Below are positions 52,906-63,250 of a stretch of DNA of 64,000 nucleotides, piece after piece; within the stretch, counting starts at the first letter, position 1; the number at the start of each line of letters is the position of its first letter. Source of the DNA: Planctomycetota bacterium (GTDB taxonomy: Bacteria; Planctomycetota; B15-G4; SIAN01). Both the position numbers and the translations under genes were made by a program. The stretch spans positions 32,001 to 96,000 of the forward strand of contig JANNXA010000010.1 of NCBI GenBank assembly GCA_031409275.1, in the 5' to 3' direction. A model generated the notes under the pieces. It did no database searches. It was not told the origin of the DNA and saw only the letters and a program-made list of their open reading frames with translations.

Positions 52906-53388
52906 TCAGCGCGCCGCGACGAGGGAGACCTCGCCGTTCGCGCGGGTGGCCGCCGCAGCGACCTCGTTGCCGGCGACGTCGTGCATGACGGTGCCGGACT
53001 CGGTGCGGTCGAGCGTGTAGGTGCCGATCACGAGGCCCGCCTCGAGGATCTCGACCTTGATCTGGTTCTCGGCGACCTTCTCCATGCGCAGGTCATGGCT
53101 GTCGTCGAGCTTGCTGACCGTGACGGAGTTCATCGGGTTGTTGCCCGTCCAGAACTCGATCGAGTTGATGATCAGGCCATCGATGAACACGCAGATGCCG
53201 TAGACCGGCAGGATGACGCCGGTGATCAGGAAGACCACCTCGTTGCCCCACTTGGAGCCCCAACCCTCGGTCCCGCACACCGAGCCGTTCCATGCGTGGA
53301 GCTTCTTGGTCAGCGCGAAGCTGCCATAGCAGCCGGTCGAGAGCACCGCGGCCGCGAGCGCCAGGCCCCACTTCGACGAAATCCGCAT
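52906..53388 (-). CDS. DUF3332-like lipoprotein
   Basis: STGCYGSFALTKKLHAWN...KWGNEVVF...PVYGI...DGLIINSIEFWTGNNP. ATG follows GAGGAG. Confidence 0.85.
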   Translation of the reverse strand: MRISSKWGLALAAAVLSTGCYGSFALTKKLHAWNGSVCGTEGWGSKWGNEVVFLITGVILPVYGICVFIDGLIINSIEFWTGNNPMNSVTVSKLDDSHDLRMEKVAENQIKVEILEAGLVIGTYTLDRTESGTVMHDVAGNEVAAAATRANGEVSLVAAR

Positions 53389-53628
53389 GCCGATTCTCCT
53401 CGTCTTTAAGACTCGCAGCCGACGCGAAGTGGCGCATGCCACGAGGCGCGATTGCGAGAAGCGATGGGGAGAGGCTCTTCCCCGCCCCCCTTTGCCAATG
53501 GCGAGGAATGGTAGCGAGGCCGGCGCCGCTGCCCAACGGACTGGGTGGCGCTTACACTCGCGCGGCCGCGCCAGCAATCACGAGGGGGTCTCGTGGCCGC
53601 AACGCGCCAACCCAAAGGACTTCTTTCG

Positions 53629-54048
53629 ATGACTCGTGCTCATGGCCGTGGTTTCGCCCTGGCCGCAACGCTTGCTCTCGCGTCGCTCGGCGGCTGCTCC
53701 CTCTTCGGCCAACCCACTCAGGTCGTGCAGGTCACGGCGACCGATCCGACCGCCGAAATCACCATCGACGGGGCGTTCGTCGGCAAGGGTGCCGGAACCT
53801 CCTCCCTCGCGCGCGATCGGACTCACACCGTCATGGCTCGAGCCGGCGATCGCGTCGGGACCGCGGTGATCGATCGCAAGATCTCCACGACCGGCATCCT
53901 CGACCTGGTCGGGACGCTCTTCTTCCTCTTCCCGATCCTGGGCGTGCTCGGCGACGGCTTCTGGGACCTCTCTCCGCAGACCCTGATGATCACGCTGCCG
54001 CCCGCTCCGGCCGCGCCCCCCTCGACGCCGCCCACCTCGGGCTCCTGA
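53629..54048 (+). CDS. PEGA-like domain lipoprotein
   Basis: Lipobox LGGC, DPTAEITIDG, hydrophobic C-terminal hairpin ending GFWDLSP. Confidence 0.75.
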   Translation: MTRAHGRGFALAATLALASLGGCSLFGQPTQVVQVTATDPTAEITIDGAFVGKGAGTSSLARDRTHTVMARAGDRVGTAVIDRKISTTGILDLVGTLFFLFPILGVLGDGFWDLSPQTLMITLPPAPAAPPSTPPTSGS

Positions 54049-54063
54049 GCGGAACGAAACAAC

Positions 54064-54104
54064 CGCGCCCGCCCTCGAGTCGTCGAGGGCGGGCGCGCGC
54101 GTTT
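54064..54104. terminator. Hairpin between convergent genes (likely bidirectional terminator)
   Basis: CGCGCCCGCCCTCGA-gtcg-TCGAGGGCGGGCGCG, a perfect 15-bp stem flanked by A-rich and short T tracts. Confidence 0.65.
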
Positions 54105-54137
54105 CACTCTTGCCGCAAGCCTCCGAAGCGGTGTGCG

Positions 54138-54478
54138 TCAGTTGCCGTAGACGTGGACCGTGAACGTCTGCCAGACGCCGAGCACGTTGAACACTTCGTA
54201 GTCGGCGTAAGCGACCGAACTCATCCCGGCGTCCGTCGCGATCTTGGCGATCGCGGCGTCATCCCAGGAAAACGACCACTGTCCGGCGATCGGAATGTTG
54301 AGGAACCGGGTCTGCGAACTCGAAGCCTTGGCCGTCGCTGCTCCGGTCGGATTCCCACCGAAGCTCGTCGTGAGCGGCGCCTTGACCTGCGCGAAGATCG
54401 CGCCGCCAGGCGGCACCACGTCAGACCCAACGCGCGCAGCGCCGCTTGCGACCGATCGAATCGCCCGCGCTGCTGCAT
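54138..54478 (-). pseudogene. TRL-like family lipoprotein with a probable frameshifting deletion in the signal peptide
   Basis: Core VVPPGGAIFAQVKAPL...WDDAAI...ADYEVFNVLGVWQTFTVHVYG. The SD plus ATG at 54478 (MQQRGRFDRSQAALRALGLT) is in another frame, and no lipobox is present. Confidence 0.55.
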
Positions 54479-54522
54479 CGCTCGCTCCATCGGCGCCTCG
54501 TTCGGTGCTCGCGGCGTCCGGC

Positions 54523-55590
54523 TCACTTCTTCGCGAGCTTCCGCACCTCAGCGGTGACGAGGTCACCGATCTCGTTGGTCTTGTGGTCGCCGGCAGAGAG
54601 GCTCTTGATGCGGCCGCTGGTCAGCAGCGCGGCGATCGCCTGATCGACCTGCGCGGCCGCCGCCTTCTCGCCGAGGTAGTCGAGCATCATTCCGCCCGCG
54701 TTGATGGCTGCGAGCGGGTTGGCGACGTTCTTGCCGCGGTACTTGGGCGCGGAGCCGTGGATCGGCTCGAACATCGACGTCTTGCCGGGATGGAGGTTGC
54801 CGGAGGCCGCGATGCCGAGCCCGCCCTGCACCATCGCGCCGAGGTCGGTGAAGATGTCGCCGAAGATGTTGGGCATCACCGCGACGTCGAACGACTCGGG
54901 GTTCTTCACCAGCCACATGCAGGCCGCATCGATGTAGGCGTGGTCGGTCTCGATGCCGGGATACTCCTTCGCCACTTCGGCGAAGGTCCGCGTCCAGATC
55001 GCCTGCGGGCGCACGGCGTTGGCCTTGTCGACCAGCGTCAGCTTGCGCCGCTTGCGCGACTTCGCGATCTCGAAGGCGTAGCGGATCGCCCGCTCGCAAC
55101 CCTTGCGGGTGTAGAGCATGGTGGCGACCGCCACCTCATCGGGCGTCCCCTCCTTGAAGATCCCGCCGATGCCGGTGTAGGCATCCTCGGTGTTCTCGCG
55201 CACGACGACCATGTCGACGTGCTCGGGCTGCTTGTCCTTCAGCGGGCAGAAGCGCGCGTCGTAGAGCTTGATCGGGCGCAGGTTGATGAAGAGGTCGAGC
55301 TTGAAGCGCAGGCCGGCGATGACGGCGCGCTCGAGCATGCCGACCTCGAGGCGAGGATCGCCGATGGCACCGAGGTAGACCGCGTGCTGCTGGCGGTACT
55401 CGTCGAACGCGGAGTCGGGGTGCGCGACGCCGGTCTTCAGGAAGTGGTCGGCGCTCCACGGATAGAGGGTCTGCTTCAGCTTGAAGCCGTGGATCTCCGC
55501 AAGCGCGGTCACCACCTTCAGCCCTTCGCGGATCACCTCTTCGCCAATGCCGTCGCCCGGGATCACCGCGATCGAATATTCACGCGCCAC
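54523..55590 (-). CDS. leuB: 3-isopropylmalate dehydrogenase-like (isocitrate/isopropylmalate/tartrate dehydrogenase family)
   Basis: IPGDGIGEEV, NLRP, RENTED, NIFGDIFTD, EPIHGSAP. Exact substrate uncertain. Confidence 0.75.
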   Translation of the reverse strand: MAREYSIAVIPGDGIGEEVIREGLKVVTALAEIHGFKLKQTLYPWSADHFLKTGVAHPDSAFDEYRQQHAVYLGAIGDPRLEVGMLERAVIAGLRFKLDLFINLRPIKLYDARFCPLKDKQPEHVDMVVVRENTEDAYTGIGGIFKEGTPDEVAVATMLYTRKGCERAIRYAFEIAKSRKRRKLTLVDKANAVRPQAIWTRTFAEVAKEYPGIETDHAYIDAACMWLVKNPESFDVAVMPNIFGDIFTDLGAMVQGGLGIAASGNLHPGKTSMFEPIHGSAPKYRGKNVANPLAAINAGGMMLDYLGEKAAAAQVDQAIAALLTSGRIKSLSAGDHKTNEIGDLVTAEVRKLAKK

Positions 55591-55678
55591 GTTGCTCTGC
55601 TCCGTTGTTTGCGCCGGCGAATCGCCGCGCGTTGATCCTGCCAGGACCGGGCCTGCCGGACCGGGCCTGCCTGCAGTG

Positions 55679-56908
<1,230 letters not shown>

Positions 56909-56912
56909 CCCC

Positions 56913-57698
56913 TCACTCGCCCTTGAACTGGGCGGGACGCTTCTCGAGGAAAGCGGCCATTCCCTCGCGCATGTCGCTTGTGGTGCAGAGCAGGCCGAAC
57001 AGGTTGCTCTCCGCGTTCAGCCCTTCGTCGAGCGGCATGTCCATGCCGCGGTAGCACACTTCGAGCGCGAAGCGGACCGCGACCGGCCCGCGCGCCAGGA
57101 TCTTGTCGAGGATCTCGCGCGTCTTGGCGATCAGCTCGGTCGGCTCGAAGACGTGGTTCACCAAGCCGATGCGATGCGCCTCGGCGGCGCCGATCGGCTC
57201 GCCAGTGAGGATCAGTTCCATCGCGCGGCCGATGCCCACGAGTCGCGGCAGCCGCTGCGTGCCGCCGTAGCCCGGGATCACGCCGAGCTTCACTTCGGGC
57301 AGACCGAGCAGCGCATTCGTCGACGCCGTGCGGAAGGTGCAGGCGCTGGCGAGCTCGAGACCGCCGCCAAGGCAGAAGCCGTTGATGGCGGCGATGACCG
57401 GCTTGCCGAGCCGCTCGATCAAGGAGAAGAGCTCCTGGCCGACGCGCGCGATCGCCTTCGCGCTGAGCGGCGTGTTCTCCTTCAGCTCGCGGATGTCGGC
57501 GCCCGCAACGAAGGCCTTCGGACCGGCGCCCGTCACCAGGACGCCGCGCACCGAAGCGTCGTCGCGCGCGACGGTGAAGGCGGCGCGCAGTTCGCCTAGC
57601 GTCGCCTTGTTCAGCGCGTTCAGCGCCTTCTCGCGGTTGACCGTGATGGTCATCACCGCACCGCTCTGCTCGACCAACAGGTTCTCGTAGTTCGCCAT
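56913..57698 (-). CDS. crt: Enoyl-CoA hydratase (crotonase)
   Basis: AFVAGADI, GGGLELA, PEVKLGVIPGYGGTQRL. Confidence 0.9.
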   Translation of the reverse strand: MANYENLLVEQSGAVMTITVNREKALNALNKATLGELRAAFTVARDDASVRGVLVTGAGPKAFVAGADIRELKENTPLSAKAIARVGQELFSLIERLGKPVIAAINGFCLGGGLELASACTFRTASTNALLGLPEVKLGVIPGYGGTQRLPRLVGIGRAMELILTGEPIGAAEAHRIGLVNHVFEPTELIAKTREILDKILARGPVAVRFALEVCYRGMDMPLDEGLNAESNLFGLLCTTSDMREGMAAFLEKRPAQFKGE

Positions 57699-57740
57699 CG
57701 TTTCGCTCCGGTCGTTTCGGTCAGTGGAGTGCGTCTGGAA

Positions 57741-58721
57741 TCAGCGGCCGTCATTCGCCGCGGGCGCGAGCGGGCGGATCTTCAGGATCGTGAGGCGTTG
57801 GCGCGGCTTGCTCGGCCCGCTGTCGGGACCGCCCGGCACCATCGCGCATGGCACCTCGGCGATCGCGTCGAGCGTCTCGAGTCCGCTGGTGATGCGACCG
57901 AACGCCGCATAGTTGCCATCGAGCACCGGCTGATCGCGATGGCAGAGGAAGAACTGGCAGCTTCCCGAATTCGGGTCGGCCTTGTGCGCCATCGAGAGGG
58001 TGCCGCGCAGATGGCGCGGGGAGTCCTCGCCACGGCCCGCTTCCAGGCGCAGTTGGCGCGGCCCGTCGCCGCTGCCATCGCCGTTGGGGCAGCCGCCCTG
58101 CACGATGAAGTTCTTCACCACGCGATGGAACGTCAGGCCGTCGTAGAAGCCGGCCTCGGCGAGGTCGAGGAAGTTGGCGACGGTCGCCGGCGCTTGCGCC
58201 GAGAAGAACTCGAGATCGATCGGGCCGAGGTCGGTCTCGAGGCGCGCCCCGTAGCCGCTCCAGTCGCGGCGCACATCGAGCAGCAACGCGGTGGCGGCGA
58301 CGCCCGCTGCGGTGAAGTCGAGCGTGACGCTTCCCGGCTGCTCGAAGAGATCGGGAAAGAGCGGCGCGATGTCGATCGTTGCCGACAGCGACGCGCCGCT
58401 CGGCAGGAGGAGCGGCTGCTGCGCGCCACCGGGAGCGTTGCGTTCCGATGCGGCGCGCACGCTGCCGTCGGCGCCGCGCGCGCTCAGCCCGGCGCCAAAG
58501 AGCAGCGCGTTGTGCAGCGCCAGCGAGGCGCGGCCGCGGTTCTCGACGCCGACTCGCACGCGCAGCGGACGGCCCGCGACGCAGAGCTTCTCCTCGAGCG
58601 CCAGCGTCACCACCACCGGACTCACCGAGGCAGGCGCCGCCGGTTGCTGCTGCGGAACGCGAGCGGGCGCCGTCGCCGCGAACGCGACCGCCGCGAGCAG
58701 CGCGAGAGCTCGCCGCCTCAC
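57741..58721 (-). CDS. Secreted cyclophilin-type peptidyl-prolyl isomerase with an extra N-terminal domain
   Basis: Signal peptide, FYDGLTFHRVVKNFIVQGG, GTLSMA, SGSCQFF, LDGNYAAFG. GTG start overlaps the hbd stop. Confidence 0.88.
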   Translation of the reverse strand: MRRRALALLAAVAFAATAPARVPQQQPAAPASVSPVVVTLALEEKLCVAGRPLRVRVGVENRGRASLALHNALLFGAGLSARGADGSVRAASERNAPGGAQQPLLLPSGASLSATIDIAPLFPDLFEQPGSVTLDFTAAGVAATALLLDVRRDWSGYGARLETDLGPIDLEFFSAQAPATVANFLDLAEAGFYDGLTFHRVVKNFIVQGGCPNGDGSGDGPRQLRLEAGRGEDSPRHLRGTLSMAHKADPNSGSCQFFLCHRDQPVLDGNYAAFGRITSGLETLDAIAEVPCAMVPGGPDSGPSKPRQRLTILKIRPLAPAANDGR

Positions 58722-59590
58722 GCCTTCACCTTGTCGCCTTCCCACTCGTAGAAGCCCTTGCCGCTCTTGCGGCCGAGCTTGCCCTCCTTCACCATCTGCT
58801 TCAGCAGCGGCGAAGGCTTGAAGGCGGGGTCGTTCGGGAAGCGCTGGTGCCAGCCTTCCATGATCGAGAGCGTCGTGTCGAGGCCGACGTAGTCGAGCAG
58901 CTTGATCGGCCCCATCGGGTGACCGCAGCCGAGCTCCATCCCGATGTCGATGTCGCGGAAGGTCGCGTCGCCGCGCTCGACCATCAGCACCGACTCGTGC
59001 AGCAGCGGCACCAGCAGGCGGTTCACCACGAAGCCGGGCGTGTCCTTGGCGAGGATCGGCGTCTTGCCGACCTTCGCCCCGAACGCGCGCGCGGCCGCGA
59101 CGACGTCAGGCGCCGACTTCGCGCCCTGGATCACCTCGACGAGCTTCATCAGCTGCACCGGGTTGAAGAAGTGCAGGCCGACGAAGCGGTCGGGTCGGCC
59201 GCTGGCGGTGGCCATCTCGCCGATCGGGAAGGAGGAGGTGTTGGAGGCGAAGATCGTCTCCTTCTTGCACAGCTTCCCGAGCTCGGCGAAGAGCTTCTTC
59301 TTGGCGTCGAGGTTCTCGACGATGACCTCGATGATGAGGTCGCACTCCTTCAGGTCGGCGAGGTTCGTCGTCGACTTCAGGCGCGCCTTGGTCGCGTCCG
59401 CGGCCTCGGCCGGGAGCTTGCCCTTCTCGACCAGTTTCGCGAGAGAGCCGTGGATGCGGGCGAAGCCCTTCTGCGCCAGCTCGGCGGTGACCTCATGGAC
59501 CACCACGTGGCAGCCGGCGGTGGCCGCGACCTGCGCAATGCCGGAGCCCATCAGACCGCAACCGACGACGCCGACCTTCTGGATGTCCAC
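58718..59590 (-). CDS. hbd: 3-hydroxybutyryl-CoA / 3-hydroxyacyl-CoA dehydrogenase
   Basis: GCGLMGSGIAQ, ASNTSS, GLHFFNP, PGFVVNR, HPMGP, GRKSGKGFY. Confidence 0.92.
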   Translation of the reverse strand: MDIQKVGVVGCGLMGSGIAQVAATAGCHVVVHEVTAELAQKGFARIHGSLAKLVEKGKLPAEAADATKARLKSTTNLADLKECDLIIEVIVENLDAKKKLFAELGKLCKKETIFASNTSSFPIGEMATASGRPDRFVGLHFFNPVQLMKLVEVIQGAKSAPDVVAAARAFGAKVGKTPILAKDTPGFVVNRLLVPLLHESVLMVERGDATFRDIDIGMELGCGHPMGPIKLLDYVGLDTTLSIMEGWHQRFPNDPAFKPSPLLKQMVKEGKLGRKSGKGFYEWEGDKVKA

Positions 59591-59712
59591 GGATCACTCC
59601 TTGGCGAGCCGCACCCCGGGTTCGGGGCGCGAAAAGGGGCCGGGATCATGCCAGAGGCCGCACAGGCAAGGAAGGCGCCCGGAGTGCGGTCCGCGTGGTG
59701 TCGCCGTCGGGT

Positions 59713-61959
59713 CTACGGTCCGCCGCCGAGCCGGAAGCGCTTCAGCGTGACCGGCTCGAGCGCGGCCGCGCCTTCGACGAGCCGGTAGACCGCGTCGAGC
59801 GCCGGGCCAGGCAGCGTCTTCTCGGTGCCTGAACCCGGCCAGCGCACGTGGATCGCAGTGATGGCCGTGGCGTCGCCGAGGCCGATCTCCTGCTGCAGCG
59901 ACGAACTGCCGAAGCTGCCGCCGGTGTTGCAGACCAGATGGATCGAGCGCGGGCCCGCGGGAGTCGTGACATCGACGCGAATGCGCGCGCCGATGGCGCT
60001 GCGATTCGCCTTGACGCCCTGCAGCCGCAGCGTGATCCAGTGGTTCTCGTTGCCCGGGTTCTCGAACAGCGCGCTCGGATAGAAGTCGCTGGTCACGAAC
60101 CCGCCCATCTCCTCGAAGAGGTCCTGGTCACCGTCGTTGTCGAGGTCGCCGAACGCGACGCCGTGCCCCTTCTGCAGGTGGCCGAGGCCAGCGGCGGTGG
60201 TGATGTTCAGGAAGCCGCCCGCCCGGTCGTTCAGGAATGCCTGATTGGGCACCAGCGCGCCAAGGTCGGGCCCGCCATTCCCGAGATAGATGTCGAGCCA
60301 TCCGTCGTTGTCGAAATCGCCGAAGTTCGACCCCATGGAGAGCACCGCGCGATCGACGCGCGCCGCCTTGGAAACGTCCGCGAACTTTCCTCCTCCAAGG
60401 TTGTGGTAGAGGCTCGGCATCTCGAGCCCGTCGACCTGGCGCCCCACCATGAAGGTGCCCACGGTGTCGAACGTGCCGCCGTTGAAACCGGCGTTCGACG
60501 CCACGAAGAGGTCCTGGCGCCCGTCGTTGTCGTAGTCGAAGAACCAGCACGGGAAGCTCATGTTCGGTTCGGAGGTGCCGGCCACGCGGGTGACGTCGAC
60601 GAAACGGAAGCCGGGTGAGCCCGGCGTCGGGTCGGGCTCGTTGCGCAGGAGCACGTTCGACAGGGCGCGCCGCGACACGAACAGGTCCGGCCGGCCATCG
60701 TCGTCGAAATCACCAGCGATGATCCCCTTCACCATCGCGCACTGGTCGAATCCGACACGGGTGCCGACCTCGGTGAAGGTGCCGTCGCGTCGGTTCCAGT
60801 ACAGCTCGCACGAGTGGTTGCGGCCACCGCGAGACGACTCGTTTCCGATCGCGAGATCGAGCCAGCCGTCACCATCGAAATCGGCGAAGGTCGCCGTCTG
60901 GGTCGGGTGGTAGCTCAGGACTCCAGCCGCTTCGGTGACATCCTCGAAGGTGCCGTCGCCGCGATTGCGCAGCAGCGAGTTGGGGATTCGACCCATGTCC
61001 TGCAGCCACGCGCCGCGCAGCACGAACACGTCCTCGAAGCCGTCGTTGTCGTAGTCGGCATGCACTAGATTGAGCCCGCCGCACAGCACGTCGATGCCGG
61101 CCTCGCGCGCGCGATCGGTGAAGGTGCCGTCGCCGTTGGAGTGGAAGAGCCGCAGCGGATCGGTCCACCCCATCGACGAAGTGAGGATGTCGAGGTTGCC
61201 GTCGCGATCGAAATCCTCGACGCAGACGCCGCCGGAGATGGTCGCCACCGCGAGACCGCATTCGACGGCGACGTCGCGCCAGCGCGGCACTTCGGCCTCG
61301 GACGCGAATCGCTCCTCGCCGATGCGCCAACGATCGGGCACGCCATCGGGCCAGTTGCCCAGCGTCATGTGCGCGAGGTTGAGCAGCCAGCGCGCCTCGT
61401 CATCCTTCGGAGAGCGGGCAAGGATCCGCTCGAACACCTCGATCGCGCGCTCGGATCCGCGCCGCTGCGAGTGCTGTCCGCCGCCGTCGATCGGCGCGAG
61501 GCACGACTGGCAGCAGTGCTGGCCGAGGCAGTTCTCCTGCTCGCCGAGCCGCAACCACCCCACGCCGCGCCAGCGCTCGATCTGCGCCGCGATCCGGTCT
61601 CGTGTTTCCGCGGTGGCGAGCGGGAGCGCCGCGGCCGCGCGGTCGAGTTCCTCGATCCCCAACTCGGTGTCGCCGGCCTGGATCTTCTCCGTCGCCAACC
61701 GCAGCCGCATCTCCGCCTCGCGCGGCGATCCGATCACGCTCTTCACGCGGCGCTCGAACAGGACGACCCGTTCGCGACTCATGAAGTTGTTCTGATCGGG
61801 GTCGGCGGAGGCTTTGCACTCGGCCAGCCGCTCCGCCATCCGCAGCGTCGAGGGATAGGGCACGGTGGGTGCCGTCACCGCGGTTGGCGCAGTGGGCGCC
61901 GGCTCCGTTTGCGGAGCCGCTGCCCGCAGCAGCGCGGAAAACAGCAAGGCGACGATCAT
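59713..61959 (-). CDS. CRTAC1-family protein (FG-GAP/VCBS repeats plus ASPIC/UnbV domain)
   Basis: Repeated DFDxDGxxD motifs, GHGVAFGDLDNDGDQD, C-terminal NRSAIGAR...GLG...VRWP. Start ATG 61959. Confidence 0.9.
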   Translation of the reverse strand: MIVALLFSALLRAAAPQTEPAPTAPTAVTAPTVPYPSTLRMAERLAECKASADPDQNNFMSRERVVLFERRVKSVIGSPREAEMRLRLATEKIQAGDTELGIEELDRAAAALPLATAETRDRIAAQIERWRGVGWLRLGEQENCLGQHCCQSCLAPIDGGGQHSQRRGSERAIEVFERILARSPKDDEARWLLNLAHMTLGNWPDGVPDRWRIGEERFASEAEVPRWRDVAVECGLAVATISGGVCVEDFDRDGNLDILTSSMGWTDPLRLFHSNGDGTFTDRAREAGIDVLCGGLNLVHADYDNDGFEDVFVLRGAWLQDMGRIPNSLLRNRGDGTFEDVTEAAGVLSYHPTQTATFADFDGDGWLDLAIGNESSRGGRNHSCELYWNRRDGTFTEVGTRVGFDQCAMVKGIIAGDFDDDGRPDLFVSRRALSNVLLRNEPDPTPGSPGFRFVDVTRVAGTSEPNMSFPCWFFDYDNDGRQDLFVASNAGFNGGTFDTVGTFMVGRQVDGLEMPSLYHNLGGGKFADVSKAARVDRAVLSMGSNFGDFDNDGWLDIYLGNGGPDLGALVPNQAFLNDRAGGFLNITTAAGLGHLQKGHGVAFGDLDNDGDQDLFEEMGGFVTSDFYPSALFENPGNENHWITLRLQGVKANRSAIGARIRVDVTTPAGPRSIHLVCNTGGSFGSSSLQQEIGLGDATAITAIHVRWPGSGTEKTLPGPALDAVYRLVEGAAALEPVTLKRFRLGGGP

Positions 61960-61999
61960 CGGGGACTCCAAGCCCGGCGCACGAAAGCGACCGCTGGTG

Positions 62000-63250
62000 C
62001 TAGTCGTAGCGCAGCGCCTGGATCGGGTCGAGGCGCGCGGCGCGGTTCGCGGGATAGAGGCCGAAGACCAGCCCGATCCCGGCGGAGACACCGACGGCGA
62101 TGGCGATCCACGCCAGCGGCAGCACGAACGGGAACGACAGCAACTGCGAGACGCCGCGCGCCAGGCCAAGCCCGGCACCGACGCCGATCGCGCCGCCGAT
62201 CGTGGTGAGTACGGCCGCCTCGATCAGGAACTGCAGCAGGATCTCGCGGCGACTGGCACCGATCGCTTTGCGGACGCCGATCTCCTTCGTCCGCTCGGTC
62301 ACCGAGACCAGCATGATGATCAGCACGCCGATGCCGCCGACCATGAGGCCGATCGACGAGATCACCACCAGCACCAACCCGATCGGGCCGGTGATCTTCT
62401 CGGTGAACTCGACCGCGGCGTCGGCCGTGGTGATGGCGAAGTCATCCGGCTCGCCCGGCGTGAGGTGGTGGCGCGCGCGCAGCACCGCGCGCACCGCCCC
62501 GACCGCATCCTCGAGCCGATCGGGCGCGCTCGGGAAGACGTTGAATCGCATCGATTCCCAGCGCGACAGCAGGCGCCGCTCGTAGGCGGTGTAGGGCATC
62601 ACCGCGAAGTTCTCGAACAGGCCGCCGAAAAGGCTGTCGTATTTGGCGAAGACGCCGACGACCTCCCACTCCTGGCCACTGATGCGCACCGTCTTGCCGA
62701 CCGCATCGTCGCCCGGGAAGACATCCTTGGCCGTCGCCTCCGCCAGCACGCAGACCGGCCGCGCCGATTGCAGCTCGCCTTCGGTGAAGAAGCGGCCGCT
62801 GGCCAGGTCGACGCGCTGGATCTGCTGGAAAGCGAGGTTGGTGCCCATCACGAAGATGAGGCGCGCTTCCTTGTTGCCGTGCTCGACCGAACGTCCTTCG
62901 CCTTGGTCGTAGCGCACCTCGATGTCGCCGACCTCTTCGAGCGCGGCGATCGCCTCAGCGTCGAGCTCGGTCAGTTTGCGGCGGTACTGATCGTCGCCGT
63001 CGCCCTCGTCCAGATGGCTGAATCGCTGCACCGAGAAGAGCGGCACATCGCCGCCCTTGATGTCGTCGCGGATCTTCTGCGTGAGACCCGAGAGGATCGA
63101 GACCATCCCCATCGACGTCGCGACGGCGATCGAGACGCCGAGCACGACGAGCCCGCTGCGCAGCCGGTGCTCGACCAGAGTGGAGAGCGCGAGGCGGACG
63201 CCCTCGAGGACGTGGTCGAAGGTGAGGCGTTTCTTGAAGCGCTCACTCAC
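62000..63250 (-). CDS. MacB/FtsX-type ABC transporter permease
   Basis: LMVGGIGV..IMLVSVTERTKEIGVRKAIGA, FGLYPANRAARLDPIQALR. Confidence 0.93.
   Translation of the reverse strand: MSERFKKRLTFDHVLEGVRLALSTLVEHRLRSGLVVLGVSIAVATSMGMVSILSGLTQKIRDDIKGGDVPLFSVQRFSHLDEGDGDDQYRRKLTELDAEAIAALEEVGDIEVRYDQGEGRSVEHGNKEARLIFVMGTNLAFQQIQRVDLASGRFFTEGELQSARPVCVLAEATAKDVFPGDDAVGKTVRISGQEWEVVGVFAKYDSLFGGLFENFAVMPYTAYERRLLSRWESMRFNVFPSAPDRLEDAVGAVRAVLRARHHLTPGEPDDFAITTADAAVEFTEKITGPIGLVLVVISSIGLMVGGIGVLIIMLVSVTERTKEIGVRKAIGASRREILLQFLIEAAVLTTIGGAIGVGAGLGLARGVSQLLSFPFVLPLAWIAIAVGVSAGIGLVFGLYPANRAARLDPIQALRYD

Noticed and set aside
55644..55671. 14-bp tandem duplication GGACCGGGCCTGCC x2 between thiolase and leuB
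   Set aside because: A single short GC-rich duplication with no evidence of function.
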